A stretch of 60,155 nt of DNA, from the sequence record DRR723986_3293, one strand, 5' to 3'. Both the position numbers and the translations under genes were made by a program. Under the pieces are notes generated by a model. It searched no databases and was not told the origin of the DNA. It saw only the letters and a program-made list of their open reading frames with translations. Shown in pieces: positions 1 through 11,024 of this stretch (positions within the stretch are counted from its first letter, which is position 1; every line of letters begins with the position of its first letter).

Positions 1-1946
1 CCGTGGTGCAGCCAGTTGGCGATGTGCTGGCTGGATATGCGCAAGGTGGCACGGTCTTCCATCAGGCCCACATCGTGGATGTCGGGCACCTTGGAGCAGC
101 CGACACCCTGGTCGATCCAGCGCACCACGTAGCCGAGGATCCCCTGGGCGTTGTTGTCCAGTTCGCGCTGGATATCCACTGGTGACATGCCGGCCGCGCC
201 TTTCAGCGGAATGCTGAGGATGTCATCCAGGGACGCGGGCTGCCGCTGGGCCAGTTCCGCCTGCCGCTGCGCCACATCGACCGCGTGATAGTGGGTAGCG
301 TGCAGGGTAGCCGCGGTGGGTGAGGGCACCCAGGCGGTGCTGGCGCCGGCCTGCGGATGTCCGATCTTGGTGGCGATCATGTCAGCCATCAGGTCCGGCA
401 TGGCCCACATGCCTTTGCCGATCTGCGCCCGACCCTTGAGGCCACAGGCGAGACCGGTGTCCACGTTCCAGTCCTCGTAGGCGTTGATCCAGGGCTCCTG
501 CTTCATGGCGCCCTTGGGCGTCATGGCGCCCGCTTCCATCGAGGTATGTATCTCGTCCCCGGTGCGATCGAGGAAGCCCGTGTTGATGAATACCACCCGT
601 TGCCGGGCTCGCCGGATGCATTCCTTGAGGTTGACCGTGGTGCGGCGCTCCTCGTCCATGATGCCCAGCTTGAGTGTGTTGCGGGCCATACCCAGCGCAT
701 CCTCGATCCGGTCGAAGAGTTCGCAGGTGAAGCTGACCTCATCGGGACCGTGCATCTTCGGTTTGACGATGTAGACGCTGCCGGCGCGCGAGTTGCGCGG
801 CCCGCTGGTCTTGTTGAGATCGTGCAGGGCGATCAGGGCGGTGAACATGCCATCCATGATGCCCTCGGGAATCTCCCTGCCCGCGCTGTCGAGGATGGCC
901 TCGTTGGTCATCAGGTGGCCGACATTGCGCACGAACATCAGGCTGCGCCCTGGCAATACCAGGGTGTCGCCGCCGGGGGTGGTGAACTCGCGATCCGGGT
1001 TCAGGGCCCGGGTAAGCGTGCCGCCACCCTTGCTGAAGGACTCCTGCAGGTCGCCGCGCATCAGGCCCAGCCAGTTGCTGTAGACCACGGCCTTGTCGCT
1101 GGCGTCAACCGCGGCGACGGAATCCTCGCAGTCCTGAATGGTGGTCAGGGCCGCTTCCAGGATCACGTCCTTGACCCCGGCGCGGTCTGTCGCCCCGATC
1201 GGGCTGGATGGATCGATCTGGATCTCGATATGCAGTCCATTATGGCGCAGCAGCACACTGTCAGGCGCTTCGGCTGAGCCGGTATAGCCGCGCAGCTGTG
1301 CAGGGTCCGCCAGTGCGCTGGCAGCGCCACCGTCAAGGCTGACCGCCAGCTGGCCGTCAACGATGCGGTAGGCGGTGGCCTGGCTGTGGTCGGCGCCCGT
1401 CAGGGGGCAAAACTGGTTCAGAAAGTCCCTGGCCCAGGCGATAACCCGATCGCCCCGCACCGGGTTGTAGCCCCCGGCGCGCTCTGCGCCTCCATCCTCG
1501 GGGATCACATCGGTGCCGTAGAGCGCGTCATAGAGGCTGCCCCAGCGCGCGTTCGCCGCGTTCAGGGCGTAGCGGGCATTCATCACCGGTACCACCAGCT
1601 GCGGTCCGGCGAGGGTGGCTATCTCCGCATCGACGTTCTCGGTTTCCAGGGAGAAGTCCTGCCCTGGCGGCAGCAGGTAACCCAGGTCCTGGAGAAAGGC
1701 TTTGTAGGCTGCGCGGTCATAGTCGGCGCCAGGGTTGGCGTGATGCCAGGCGTCGATTTTTGCCTGCATGTCCTCGCGAATCTGCAGCAACTCGCGGTTG
1801 CGCGGCCCGAGATCGGTGACGATTGCTTCCAGCGCTGCCCAGAAGTCTGCCGGGGCGATCCCGGTACCGGGCGCGATGTCGTTTTCGAGCAAGTCATGGA
1901 GTACGGGGGCCACCTGCAGCCCGCCACAGTGAATACGGTCAGTCAT
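1..1946 (-). CDS. glcB: malate synthase G (3' end runs off the window)
   Basis: Missing from the ORF track because it has no stop in the window. Read manually from ATG at 1946: [21 protein letters not shown]...[33 protein letters not shown]...[13 protein letters not shown]...[20 protein letters not shown]...[13 protein letters not shown]...[12 protein letters not shown], all malate synthase G signatures. Confidence 0.95.
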   Translation of the reverse strand, partial: MTDRIHCGGLQVAPVLHDLLENDIAPGTGIAPADFWAALEAIVTDLGPRNRELLQIREDMQAKIDAWHHANPGADYDRAAYKAFLQDLGYLLPPGQDFSLETENVDAEIATLAGPQLVVPVMNARYALNAANARWGSLYDALYGTDVIPEDGGAERAGGYNPVRGDRVIAWARDFLNQFCPLTGADHSQATAYRIVDGQLAVSLDGGAASALADPAQLRGYTGSAEAPDSVLLRHNGLHIEIQIDPSSPIGATDRAGVKDVILEAALTTIQDCEDSVAAVDASDKAVVYSNWLGLMRGDLQESFSKGGGTLTRALNPDREFTTPGGDTLVLPGRSLMFVRNVGHLMTNEAILDSAGREIPEGIMDGMFTALIALHDLNKTSGPRNSRAGSVYIVKPKMHGPDEVSFTCELFDRIEDALGMARNTLKLGIMDEERRTTVNLKECIRRARQRVVFINTGFLDRTGDEIHTSMEAGAMTPKGAMKQEPWINAYEDWNVDTGLACGLKGRAQIGKGMWAMPDLMADMIATKIGHPQAGASTAWVPSPTAATLHATHYHAVDVAQRQAELAQRQPASLDDILSIPLKGAAGMSPVDIQRELDNNAQGILGYVVRWIDQGVGCSKVPDIHDVGLMEDRATLRISSQHIANWLHH

Positions 1947-2073
1947 AGCGTGAATCCTTACGGGTTTGCAGGCCGCTGCATCGGCCCGAGTCGCGGTCGC
2001 TAGTGTAAAAAATCCGCGGCCCATTTAGCTAATTTATCATTTATATCACCACCATTTTCACGGTGAATACTGC

Positions 2074-3039
2074 TCAGGGGGTGGGCGGTTTCCCGTCCAG
2101 TTCCCGTGCGGTATCGACAATCAGCTTGCGCAACCACCGATTGGCGGGGTTGTGCTGGAGCAGGGGGCTCCAGGCCATCTTCAGTTCCAGCGGGGGAATG
2201 TCCAGTGGCGGATCGCGCAATACGACCCGGGGGTTAGCCAGCTTCAACAGGGCCGCCCGGGTGGGCAGGGTGACAATCAGGTCGTTCTGCTCGGCCATGG
2301 TCATGGCCGCCTGGTAGTGGCGGGTGAAGACTCGAATCTGGCGCTTCTTGCCGAGCTTGTTAAGTGCGGCATCCACCCAGCCGAGACGCTGCACGTCATC
2401 GGGATCTACACCGACCCCGACGCCCATGCCGGTCTTGCTCACCCAGACGTGGTTGGCCTTGAGGTAGCTATCGAGAGTGAAGTCCTCCAGCACCGGGTTC
2501 TCCGGGCTCAGCAGGCAGGAAAAACTGTCATCCCACAGATGGATCTGGTGGAAGGACTGGGGCATGGAGTCGAAGCGGTTGATCACAATGTCGACCTTGC
2601 CCCGCTCTACGTCGAGAAAACTCACATCGCTGGGGGTCATGATGTCGAGGGTAATCCCCGGCGCCTGGGTGCGCAGCTTGCCGAGCACGCTCGGTAGCAG
2701 CGTCGACTCCGCGTAGTCCGAGGCCATGATGCGGAACACCCGGTGCGCATCGCCGGGCTCGAAGGCCGAGCGGGGCTGCACCGCCCGGTCGATGTTCATC
2801 AGCACGTCGCGCACGATGGGCTCCAGCTCCAGCGCGCGCTCGGTGGGGGTCATGCCGTCTGAGGTACGCACCAGCAGCGGATCATCGAATAATTCCCGCA
2901 GCCGGCGCAGGCCGTTGCTCATCGCCGGCTGGGACAGGTTGAGTTTCTGTGCGGCCTGGGTGACGTTGCGCTCGCGCAGCAAGGCGTCCAGGTAAACCAG
3001 CAGATTGAGATCGACCCTATTAATGCTCACAGCGCGCAC
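2074..3039 (-). CDS. LysR-family transcriptional regulator (type typically found beside glyoxylate-shunt genes)
   Basis: N-terminal HTH 'DLNLLVYLDALLRERNVTQAAQKLNLSQPAMSNGLRRLR' plus a LysR substrate-binding domain; lies upstream of glcB. The true start may be GTG at 3030. Confidence 0.9.
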   Translation of the reverse strand: MRAVSINRVDLNLLVYLDALLRERNVTQAAQKLNLSQPAMSNGLRRLRELFDDPLLVRTSDGMTPTERALELEPIVRDVLMNIDRAVQPRSAFEPGDAHRVFRIMASDYAESTLLPSVLGKLRTQAPGITLDIMTPSDVSFLDVERGKVDIVINRFDSMPQSFHQIHLWDDSFSCLLSPENPVLEDFTLDSYLKANHVWVSKTGMGVGVGVDPDDVQRLGWVDAALNKLGKKRQIRVFTRHYQAAMTMAEQNDLIVTLPTRAALLKLANPRVVLRDPPLDIPPLELKMAWSPLLQHNPANRWLRKLIVDTARELDGKPPTP

Positions 3040-3043
3040 CTAT

Positions 3044-3058
3044 ATTCATAAGATGAAT
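3044..3058. promoter_or_regulatory. putative LysR box (T-N11-A palindrome ATTCAT-AAG-ATGAAT)
   Basis: Perfect inverted repeat immediately upstream of the LysR start, in the divergent intergenic region. Confidence 0.55.
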
Positions 3059-3227
3059 GCCAAAAATACTGGCTATTGCTTTGGAGAATTATACGCGGCT
3101 TCGTAGAATTGCCAATCGCAAGGGTCTGGCCGTGGAAGTTCTGCCGTATTTGCCGCGTGCAGCGCGGTGTTTACCCGCTTATTTCCCTATACTTCCCGCC
3201 CGGCTACAGAACACCAGAGGAAAAACA

Positions 3228-4997
3228 ATGCCGACCTATTCAGCGCCGCGAGACGACATGAACTTCCTGATCGACGAGGTGCTCGCGATTGGGGACACCC
3301 TCGGGAGTCTGCCGCGCTTTGCGGAGCTGGGTGTTGGTCCGGACCTGACACCCGCCCTGCTCGACGAGGCCGCTAAACTGGCGGGGGACGTACTGGCGCC
3401 CCTGCGCCGGGTCGGTGATGCCCAGCCCGCCAGCTGCGTCGATGGCAAGGTCACTCTGTCTCCGGGGCACGGCGATGCCCTGCGGCAACTGGGTGAGGGC
3501 GGCTGGGTCGGTATCGCCGCGGATGCGGAATTTGGCGGCCAGGGCTTGCCCGAGCTGTACGGCACCGCCGCTAACGAAATGTGGAACGGCGCGAATATGG
3601 CTTTCGCCCTGGCCCCTTTCCTGAGCAGTGGCGCAGCGCTGGCTATCGCTGCCCACGGTACCGAGCAGCAGAAACAGACTTACCTGGCCAAGATGCACAG
3701 CGGTGAATGGACCGGCACCATGAATTTGACCGAGTCTGGCGCTGGCTCCGATCTCGGGGTGATGAAGACCCGGGCGGAGCGAGACGGCGACCAGTATCGG
3801 ATTTTCGGCCAGAAGATCTACATCACCTGGGGAGATCACGACGCCACTGACAACATCATTCACCTGGTGCTGGCGAAACTGCCGGATGCCCCGGAGGGGA
3901 GCCGCGGAATCTCCCTGTTCATCGTGCCCAAGTACCTGATCAATGACGATGGCAGCATCGGCGCCCGCAACGATGTTTACCCGGTTTCCACCGAGCACAA
4001 GCTCGGTATTCACGGCAGCCCCACCTGCGTCATGGCCTTTGGCGATGGAGAGGGTGCCGTGGGCTACCTGTTGGGTGAGGAAAACCAGGGCCTCGCCTGC
4101 ATGTTCACCATGATGAACGAGGCGCGCCTGAAGGTCGGCCTGCAGGGTCTGGGTGCGGCTGACGGCGCCTTCCAGAAAGCGCTCGCCTATGCACGGGAGC
4201 GGGTCCAGGGTGGCGTGCCGATCATCGAGCACCCGGACGTCAAGCGTATGCTGCTGACCAGCCGGGCACTCATCGAAGCCATGCGGGCACTCGCCTATTC
4301 GGAAGCGGTGACTATGGACCTGGCGCATTACGGCCCGGAGGAGGAACGTCCGGCCCAGCAGCGCCGTATCGACCTGATGATTCCGGTTATCAAGGGCTGG
4401 CTGACCGAGGCGGGCCAGGAAGTCGCCTCCCTGGGCATCCAGGTCCACGGGGGAATGGGTTATGTGGAGGAGACCGGCGCTGCCCAGTACCTGCGCGATG
4501 TCCGCATTACTTCCATCTATGAGGGAACCAATGGCATCCAGGCCGCGGACCTCGTGACCCGCAAGCTGGGGCGTGACAGTGGAGCGACCATGGAGGCCCT
4601 GCAGCAGGATATTCAGGCGTGCATTGCTGAACTGCGAGCCGGCGCTGCGACCGAACTGGCGGGCATTGCGAATGGCCTGGAGATTGCTCTCGCGGGACAC
4701 GTCGATGCTACCCGGCACCTGCTGGCGGCGTTGGCGGAAGACCGGCGAGCGGCGCTGGGCGCGTCATTCGACTACCTCATGCAGACCGGTTATCTGTTCG
4801 GCGGCTGGCAGCTGGCACGGGCTGCCCTGGTTGCCCAGGCGCGCATTGCCGCCGGCAGTGACTGGGATTTCTACCCGCGCAAGCTTGCTACCGCCGCCTA
4901 CTACAGCGAGCAGTTGCTGTCGCGCTGCGAAGGCCATGCCCGCGCGGTGCGACAAGCGGGTGCTACACTGCTGAGCTACCCGGTTGACTGGATTTAG
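3228..4997 (+). CDS. acyl-CoA dehydrogenase (long, about 590 aa; DmdC/FadE5-like)
   Basis: TGTMNLTE..AGSDLG, GQKIYITWG.HD, HKLGIHGSPTC, QVHGGMGY.EE, IYEGTNGIQA; GAGG RBS before ATG 3228. Confidence 0.9.
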   Translation: MPTYSAPRDDMNFLIDEVLAIGDTLGSLPRFAELGVGPDLTPALLDEAAKLAGDVLAPLRRVGDAQPASCVDGKVTLSPGHGDALRQLGEGGWVGIAADAEFGGQGLPELYGTAANEMWNGANMAFALAPFLSSGAALAIAAHGTEQQKQTYLAKMHSGEWTGTMNLTESGAGSDLGVMKTRAERDGDQYRIFGQKIYITWGDHDATDNIIHLVLAKLPDAPEGSRGISLFIVPKYLINDDGSIGARNDVYPVSTEHKLGIHGSPTCVMAFGDGEGAVGYLLGEENQGLACMFTMMNEARLKVGLQGLGAADGAFQKALAYARERVQGGVPIIEHPDVKRMLLTSRALIEAMRALAYSEAVTMDLAHYGPEEERPAQQRRIDLMIPVIKGWLTEAGQEVASLGIQVHGGMGYVEETGAAQYLRDVRITSIYEGTNGIQAADLVTRKLGRDSGATMEALQQDIQACIAELRAGAATELAGIANGLEIALAGHVDATRHLLAALAEDRRAALGASFDYLMQTGYLFGGWQLARAALVAQARIAAGSDWDFYPRKLATAAYYSEQLLSRCEGHARAVRQAGATLLSYPVDWI

Positions 4998-5005
4998 GAA
5001 AACGC

Positions 5006-5485
5006 ATGGGCCTGTTCTCTACTCCCGACCTGGCTGACGCCGCGCCTGCTGCTGCAGCCATCGAACTGCAGTTTCGCAGTCTCGGTGGCTTGAATGCCTT
5101 TGCCGGACGCGCCGTTACCATCAAGTGCCACGAGGATAATTCGCTGGTCAAACAGTGCGTCGACGAACCTGGCGAGGGTCGGGTCATCGTGGTCGACGGC
5201 GGCGGCTCCCTGCGGCGCGCGTTGCTCGGGGATATGCTGGCGGAGAAGGCCTGTGCCAACGGCTGGTCCGGGCTGGTGATCAATGGTGCGATTCGCGATG
5301 TAGACGAGATCGGCGGTACCGATCTGGGCGTGATGGCGCTCGGCGTTTGCCCGCTGAAAACAGAAAAGCTCGGCGCGGGACAGCGCGATATTACTTTGCA
5401 CTTCGGTGGCGTGAGTATTGCCCCGGGGGACTATATCTACGCCGATAACAACGGTGTGCTGGTCAGCAAGGAAGCGCTGTTCTAA
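5006..5485 (+). CDS. rraA: RraA family (RNase E inhibitor / HMG-aldolase-like)
   Basis: TPDLAD, KCHEDNSLV, VVDGGGSLRRALLGD, GAIRDVDEI, YADNNGVLV. Confidence 0.9.
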   Translation: MGLFSTPDLADAAPAAAAIELQFRSLGGLNAFAGRAVTIKCHEDNSLVKQCVDEPGEGRVIVVDGGGSLRRALLGDMLAEKACANGWSGLVINGAIRDVDEIGGTDLGVMALGVCPLKTEKLGAGQRDITLHFGGVSIAPGDYIYADNNGVLVSKEALF

Positions 5486-5499
5486 CAGCGCTGCGCGCC

Positions 5500-6459
<960 letters not shown>

Positions 6460-6478
6460 CTACCGCCGGTGCTTTGCT

Positions 6479-7045
6479 ATGGGATACACGCTCGACAGTG
6501 GCTGGATGACGGGAGCACGCTGGGTTCCCTCGCCAAATTGCGGACCGCGCCCGCCGGGATGCGAGCCGGAGCTGTTGGTTATTCACAATATATCGCTACC
6601 TCCCGGGGAATTTGGCAACGACTGCATCGAGCAGCTGTTTACCAACTGCCTCGACTGGTCGGCTCATCCCTATTTTGAGGGAATCCGTGGGATGGAAGTA
6701 TCGGCCCACTTCCTGATTCGCCGCGATGGGGAGCTGGTCCAGTTCGTCAGCTGTGATGAGCGCGCCTGGCATGCCGGACAGTCCTGCTATGACGGCCGCG
6801 ATAACTGTAACGACTTCAGTATCGGTATCGAGCTCGAGGGTACCGATGAATTGCCATATACCGACAGCCAGTATGCTACCTTGGCAGTAGTGACTGCGGC
6901 CCTGATACGCAGTTACCCGGGCCTGGACCCGGAGCGGATAGCGGGTCACAGCGATATTGCCCCCGGGCGCAAGACAGATCCCGGACAGGCCTTCGACTGG
7001 CGGCGTTATCATGCTGTGCTGGGTACAGAGGAGTTAAGCGCATGA
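6479..7045 (+). CDS. ampD: 1,6-anhydro-N-acetylmuramyl-L-alanine amidase
   Basis: IHNISLPPGEF, VSAHFLIRRDG, RAWHAG, CNDFSIGIELEG, GHSDIAPGRKTDPG. Confidence 0.95.
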   Translation: MGYTLDSGWMTGARWVPSPNCGPRPPGCEPELLVIHNISLPPGEFGNDCIEQLFTNCLDWSAHPYFEGIRGMEVSAHFLIRRDGELVQFVSCDERAWHAGQSCYDGRDNCNDFSIGIELEGTDELPYTDSQYATLAVVTAALIRSYPGLDPERIAGHSDIAPGRKTDPGQAFDWRRYHAVLGTEELSA

Positions 7046-7884
7046 CGTTTCTAGCCCTGGTGTTCGCAGTGGGCCTTTTTTACCTCTGGGGTGCGGGAGG
7101 GCCGCTGCACCGCGACGAGTGGTTTGCTGGCTGGCAGCGTCGGGTCGCCGGCAGTGGTCTGCTGCCCGGAATTGCGCTGGCCCTGCTGATCCTGCTGCCA
7201 GTGCTGCTCGTTGCCTGGCTGCTGGACGTTTTTGAATCCCTGCTGTTCGGGCTGCCCTGGCTGGTAGCCGCAGTGGCACTGATGCTGTACGCCTTCGGGC
7301 GACGGGATTATCACACCCTGGTCGAGGACTACATCAGTCATTGCCAGAAGAATGACCTGGAGGCCGCGTGGTTGGCGGTCGACGCTCCGTTAAACGGCCG
7401 CTTGGCTGAAGCTCGTCCGGAATCGGCTGAGGAAATGCATCGGGCGGTCTCCCGGGCTCTGGTCTACGAGGGTTACCAACGCTGGTTCCCGGTATTGTTT
7501 TATTTTCTCCTGCTCGGGCCCGCTGGCGCCCTGGCCTATCGCTTGATCCACCTGGCCAGCAATGGCCCGCTGGCTGACGGCGCAGCCAAACTGGCGTTTT
7601 ACGCGGACTGGGCACCTGCGCGCCTGCTGGTAATGACCTTTGCCGTGACCGGCGATTTCGTTCGCTGTCGACCGCAGTTACAGCGGGTGCTGCAGGACAG
7701 TACGCTCGACGCTGCTGATGCCCTGCTGGACAGCGGTAAGTCCGCCCTGGGGCCGCTATCGCTTGCGGCAGATGCGAGCGAGGGCGAGCGGGCAGCAACA
7801 GAGGTTCGTGAACTGTCGGCCCTGCTGTCACGCAGTGCCGCGACCTGGCTGGTCGTGTTCTCGCTGTTCGCCATTATCGGCTGA
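7042..7884 (+). CDS. ampE: AmpE regulatory membrane protein
   Basis: Hydrophobic protein overlapping the ampD stop (ATGA); YQRWFPVLFYFLLLGPAGALAYRL and DWAPARL motifs. Confidence 0.8.
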   Translation: MTFLALVFAVGLFYLWGAGGPLHRDEWFAGWQRRVAGSGLLPGIALALLILLPVLLVAWLLDVFESLLFGLPWLVAAVALMLYAFGRRDYHTLVEDYISHCQKNDLEAAWLAVDAPLNGRLAEARPESAEEMHRAVSRALVYEGYQRWFPVLFYFLLLGPAGALAYRLIHLASNGPLADGAAKLAFYADWAPARLLVMTFAVTGDFVRCRPQLQRVLQDSTLDAADALLDSGKSALGPLSLAADASEGERAATEVRELSALLSRSAATWLVVFSLFAIIG

Positions 7885-7997
7885 GGCGTCTGTTGGCCGG
7901 TCTTTCGGCCAGGGATCGCGGGACCGGGAAATTTTCCCGACCTTTGCTATGCTATTGGCAAGCGGTACCCGTTACGCGAAAGTAATTCGTTTTTGCC

Positions 7998-9599
7998 ATG
8001 GTCAGAAATCCATCCACCAGCGCCACCTTGCCCGCTCTCGGCACCCAGTTAAGCGGTGCCGGTGACGCTCCGGCTCTCGTAGTTACCTTGCTGTTCCATC
8101 CCGACACCTCCCGTATCGGGGAAAGCTGTGTACTGGACCTCGCGCACAGGCCGTCCGGACTGTCGCTGGGTCGTTCCCAGCCCGATTTCAGTTTCCGCCT
8201 GCGCCCCGATGCCGGGCCTCCCCGGCCGCTGGGGGATCCCTTTATCAGCCGCGACGCCTTGCATTTCAGGGCGGTCGGCGACGGCCTGCAACTGAGCAAA
8301 CCCAGCGGGAGTAGTCGCTGTCGTCTGCCCGACGGGGAGTTGTCGACAGCGCGCTTGTTGTCGGCGGAGCAGCTGGATCGAGGCATTCCTCTGCTGCTGG
8401 GTCATGGGATCGTCGTCTTGCTGCGACGTTGCCGCCTGTACAGGGGCGCTCCGGTTCTTGCAGCCGAGCTGGATATGGTCGGCGACAGCGATCTGATGGC
8501 AGCCCTTGCCGATCAGGTGAAGCAACTCGGCGTCGCCGGGGTCGATGTATTGATCCGCGGCCCCACGGGCAGCGGCAAGGAGCGTGTAGCGGCGGCCCTG
8601 CACGCCTGTAGTCAGCGCGCTAACAGGCCTTTCGTGGCAGTCAATATGGCTGCCATTCCGCCGGAGCTCGCACCGGCGGCACTGTTTGGCGCGGCCCGAG
8701 GTGCTTACACCGGCGCTGGTTCCGCGCGTCCCGGATTTTTCCAGCAGGCGGCCGGGGGAACCCTGTTCCTTGACGAGGTGGGCGATACGCCTGCAGCGGT
8801 GCAGGCGCAACTGTTGCGGGCCTTGCAGGAACGGGAGGTCCAGGTTGTCGGAGGTGCCGTGCAATCGGTAGAGCTGCGGGTGATCTCCGCCACGGAGCTG
8901 GAACTGGAGGGTGGCCCCGGCGGTTTCCGCGCCGCCCTGCGTCATCGGCTGGGTGCCGGTGAGATCGTGGTCCCCGCGCTTGCCCGGCATCCGGAGGATA
9001 TCGGGTCTCTGGCGCTGCATTTCTATCGCCTGTCGGCGCAGGGCAATGAGGGCAGTGCCAAGCTGCCGGCGGCGGGGGATGGCGGCGCTGCCGTCGCGCG
9101 CTGGGCAGAACTGGTTCACCTGTTGGCGGCTTATACCTGGCCTGGCAGCGTGCGCGAGTTGGCTAACCTGATGGCCCGGATAGCGGTTGCCAGTGTCGGC
9201 AGCCTGCAGGTTCCGGAGCCGATCCTGGCCCAGTTGCGCTCCAGCACGGCCTTGCACGAGATTGCAAAGCCGGTGGCCGGGCACTCCCCTGAACCGGTCG
9301 TGGCGGCGAGTCAATTCAGTGATGCCGAGCTCGATGCTGCTCTCGCGGCTGGCAACTTTGAGGTTGCCCGGGTTGCCCGCGAACTGGGAATTTCACGGCA
9401 GGCGCTGTATCGCCGCATCGAGGCCTCCCGGCAGCTGCGACTCGCAGGCGATGTGCCGCTGCAGGAGTTGCTCAAAGCGCTGGATGACTGCCGGGGCGAT
9501 CTGCGGGCAACGGCGGAGTCTCTGCGCGTATCGCAAACCAGCCTCAAGAGCCGGCTGCGCGCCGCCGGTATCCAGGCTGAGTCGGCAGCGCCCGACTAG
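7998..9599 (+). CDS. sigma54-interaction (EBP) AAA+ regulator with N-terminal FHA-like domain and C-terminal Fis-type HTH
   Basis: FHA-like LGR...DPFISR; Walker A GPTGSGKE; VNMAA; GAYTGA; Walker B FLDEVG; WPGSVREL; ARELGISRQALYRR. Confidence 0.85.
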   Translation: MVRNPSTSATLPALGTQLSGAGDAPALVVTLLFHPDTSRIGESCVLDLAHRPSGLSLGRSQPDFSFRLRPDAGPPRPLGDPFISRDALHFRAVGDGLQLSKPSGSSRCRLPDGELSTARLLSAEQLDRGIPLLLGHGIVVLLRRCRLYRGAPVLAAELDMVGDSDLMAALADQVKQLGVAGVDVLIRGPTGSGKERVAAALHACSQRANRPFVAVNMAAIPPELAPAALFGAARGAYTGAGSARPGFFQQAAGGTLFLDEVGDTPAAVQAQLLRALQEREVQVVGGAVQSVELRVISATELELEGGPGGFRAALRHRLGAGEIVVPALARHPEDIGSLALHFYRLSAQGNEGSAKLPAAGDGGAAVARWAELVHLLAAYTWPGSVRELANLMARIAVASVGSLQVPEPILAQLRSSTALHEIAKPVAGHSPEPVVAASQFSDAELDAALAAGNFEVARVARELGISRQALYRRIEASRQLRLAGDVPLQELLKALDDCRGDLRATAESLRVSQTSLKSRLRAAGIQAESAAPD

Positions 9600-9605
9600 C
9601 GTCCA

Positions 9606-11024
9606 ATGCTTGCGGATCAGCGGATCGGTCCCTATCGGATCCTGCGCCAGATCAAGCGCGGGGGTCAGGGCAACGTGCTACTGGGCTATGACCCGCGTCT
9701 GCATCGCAAGGTGGCGATCAAGATTCACCCGCTGCCGGTCGACCGCAGGGGTCGCCGGGAGGCGCTGCGTGAGGCCCGCCTGGTAGCCGCTCTCGACAGC
9801 CCGCGCATTGTGCGCATCTACGATGTGATCGCGGTCGAGCGCTATCTTGCCATGGTGATGGAGTACGTCCCTGGCTGTGACCTGGAGCAGTTGCTGCGGG
9901 AGGTCACGCTGTCGCTGCCCAGTGTACTGGCGATCGCGCTCGATGTGGCGGCCGCCGTCGCGGTTGCCCGGCAGCAGGAGCTGGTCCACGGGGATATCAA
10001 GGCGGCAAACGTTCTCATTACCGATGATGGAAGGGCAAAGCTGACTGACTTCGGTATCGCGAGAGTCGCTCACCGGACCGGGATACGAGCGGGCAGCCCC
10101 TTGTCCCTGGCGCCCGAACAGCTCAGTGGCGAATCGCTCGATGTGCGCACCGATCTGTTCGGGCTCGGTTGCCTGTTGTATCGGATGTTGTGTGGCCAGC
10201 ACGCCTACCCGGCGACTGCGCGCCTGGCAGCGGGTTCTGGCGTTTCAGCGACTAAAGACCTGCATGCTTCGCCACCGGCAAGTCTCGCCGGTGCGTTCGC
10301 TGGCGGCGAACCGCTGCCGGCCGCACTGGTGGAGCTGGTAGCACAGCTGCTCCAGCCCCGGCCCGAGGACCGACCGTCGAATACTCACCAGGTAAGGACC
10401 CTGCTTCGTTCGGTTCTCCAGGCCCGGCCGGTAAGTCTCGGCAGCGACCTGCGGGCCGAGGCAGCCAGCTGTTTCCGGGAGGAATCGCCTGAGGAGCTAC
10501 CGCCGGAAATACCGCTTGATTTCCAGCGCGCCAGCCTCTCCGGCGCTGGAGCGGGGCCCTTCCGGTGGCCCTCCAGGGATCTTATCCGGCGCTGGTGGCC
10601 CGCCATGCTCATCTCACCCCTGGTCCTGTTGTTGCTGGTGGCGTGGCACCGTATCGAACCCTGTCAGGTGGCGATCGGTGATCCCCGGGTCCGGGTCGAG
10701 GCAGGCGTGCCACTGCCGCCGGAACTGTCCCGTAGTTGGCTGGCTGCCCAGTTGGCGCAGGCGAGTTCGGCGGCGGGTTGCCGGGTGCGCCAAGCCCGCA
10801 GGAGCGGTGGTATTGACGAGTATTGGTTTGAACGCTTTGCGGCCGACTACGCCCTGCAGCTGGAACTGCGCTGCAGTGCGCAGCTGTGCGCACTTGCCCT
10901 GACCGCCGAGGGTGAGTGGGGCGCATCGCATGAACAGCAGGTGTTGTTCCCCGACGCACCCCTGCTGGCATGGCAGGAATCCCTGGGTGGGCTCACTGCC
11001 CGGGTATTAGACCAGCGCGACTGA
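9606..11024 (+). CDS. Hanks-type Ser/Thr protein kinase with one TM helix
   Basis: RGGQGNV, VAIK, MEYV, HGDIKAAN, DFG, APE, D.FGLG; hydrophobic segment PAMLISPLVLLLLVAW. Confidence 0.9.
   Translation: MLADQRIGPYRILRQIKRGGQGNVLLGYDPRLHRKVAIKIHPLPVDRRGRREALREARLVAALDSPRIVRIYDVIAVERYLAMVMEYVPGCDLEQLLREVTLSLPSVLAIALDVAAAVAVARQQELVHGDIKAANVLITDDGRAKLTDFGIARVAHRTGIRAGSPLSLAPEQLSGESLDVRTDLFGLGCLLYRMLCGQHAYPATARLAAGSGVSATKDLHASPPASLAGAFAGGEPLPAALVELVAQLLQPRPEDRPSNTHQVRTLLRSVLQARPVSLGSDLRAEAASCFREESPEELPPEIPLDFQRASLSGAGAGPFRWPSRDLIRRWWPAMLISPLVLLLLVAWHRIEPCQVAIGDPRVRVEAGVPLPPELSRSWLAAQLAQASSAAGCRVRQARRSGGIDEYWFERFAADYALQLELRCSAQLCALALTAEGEWGASHEQQVLFPDAPLLAWQESLGGLTARVLDQRD

Noticed and set aside
357-2003. 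Plus-strand ORFs of 306 and 205 aa
   Set aside because: Antisense shadows of glcB, which the track missed because it runs off the window.
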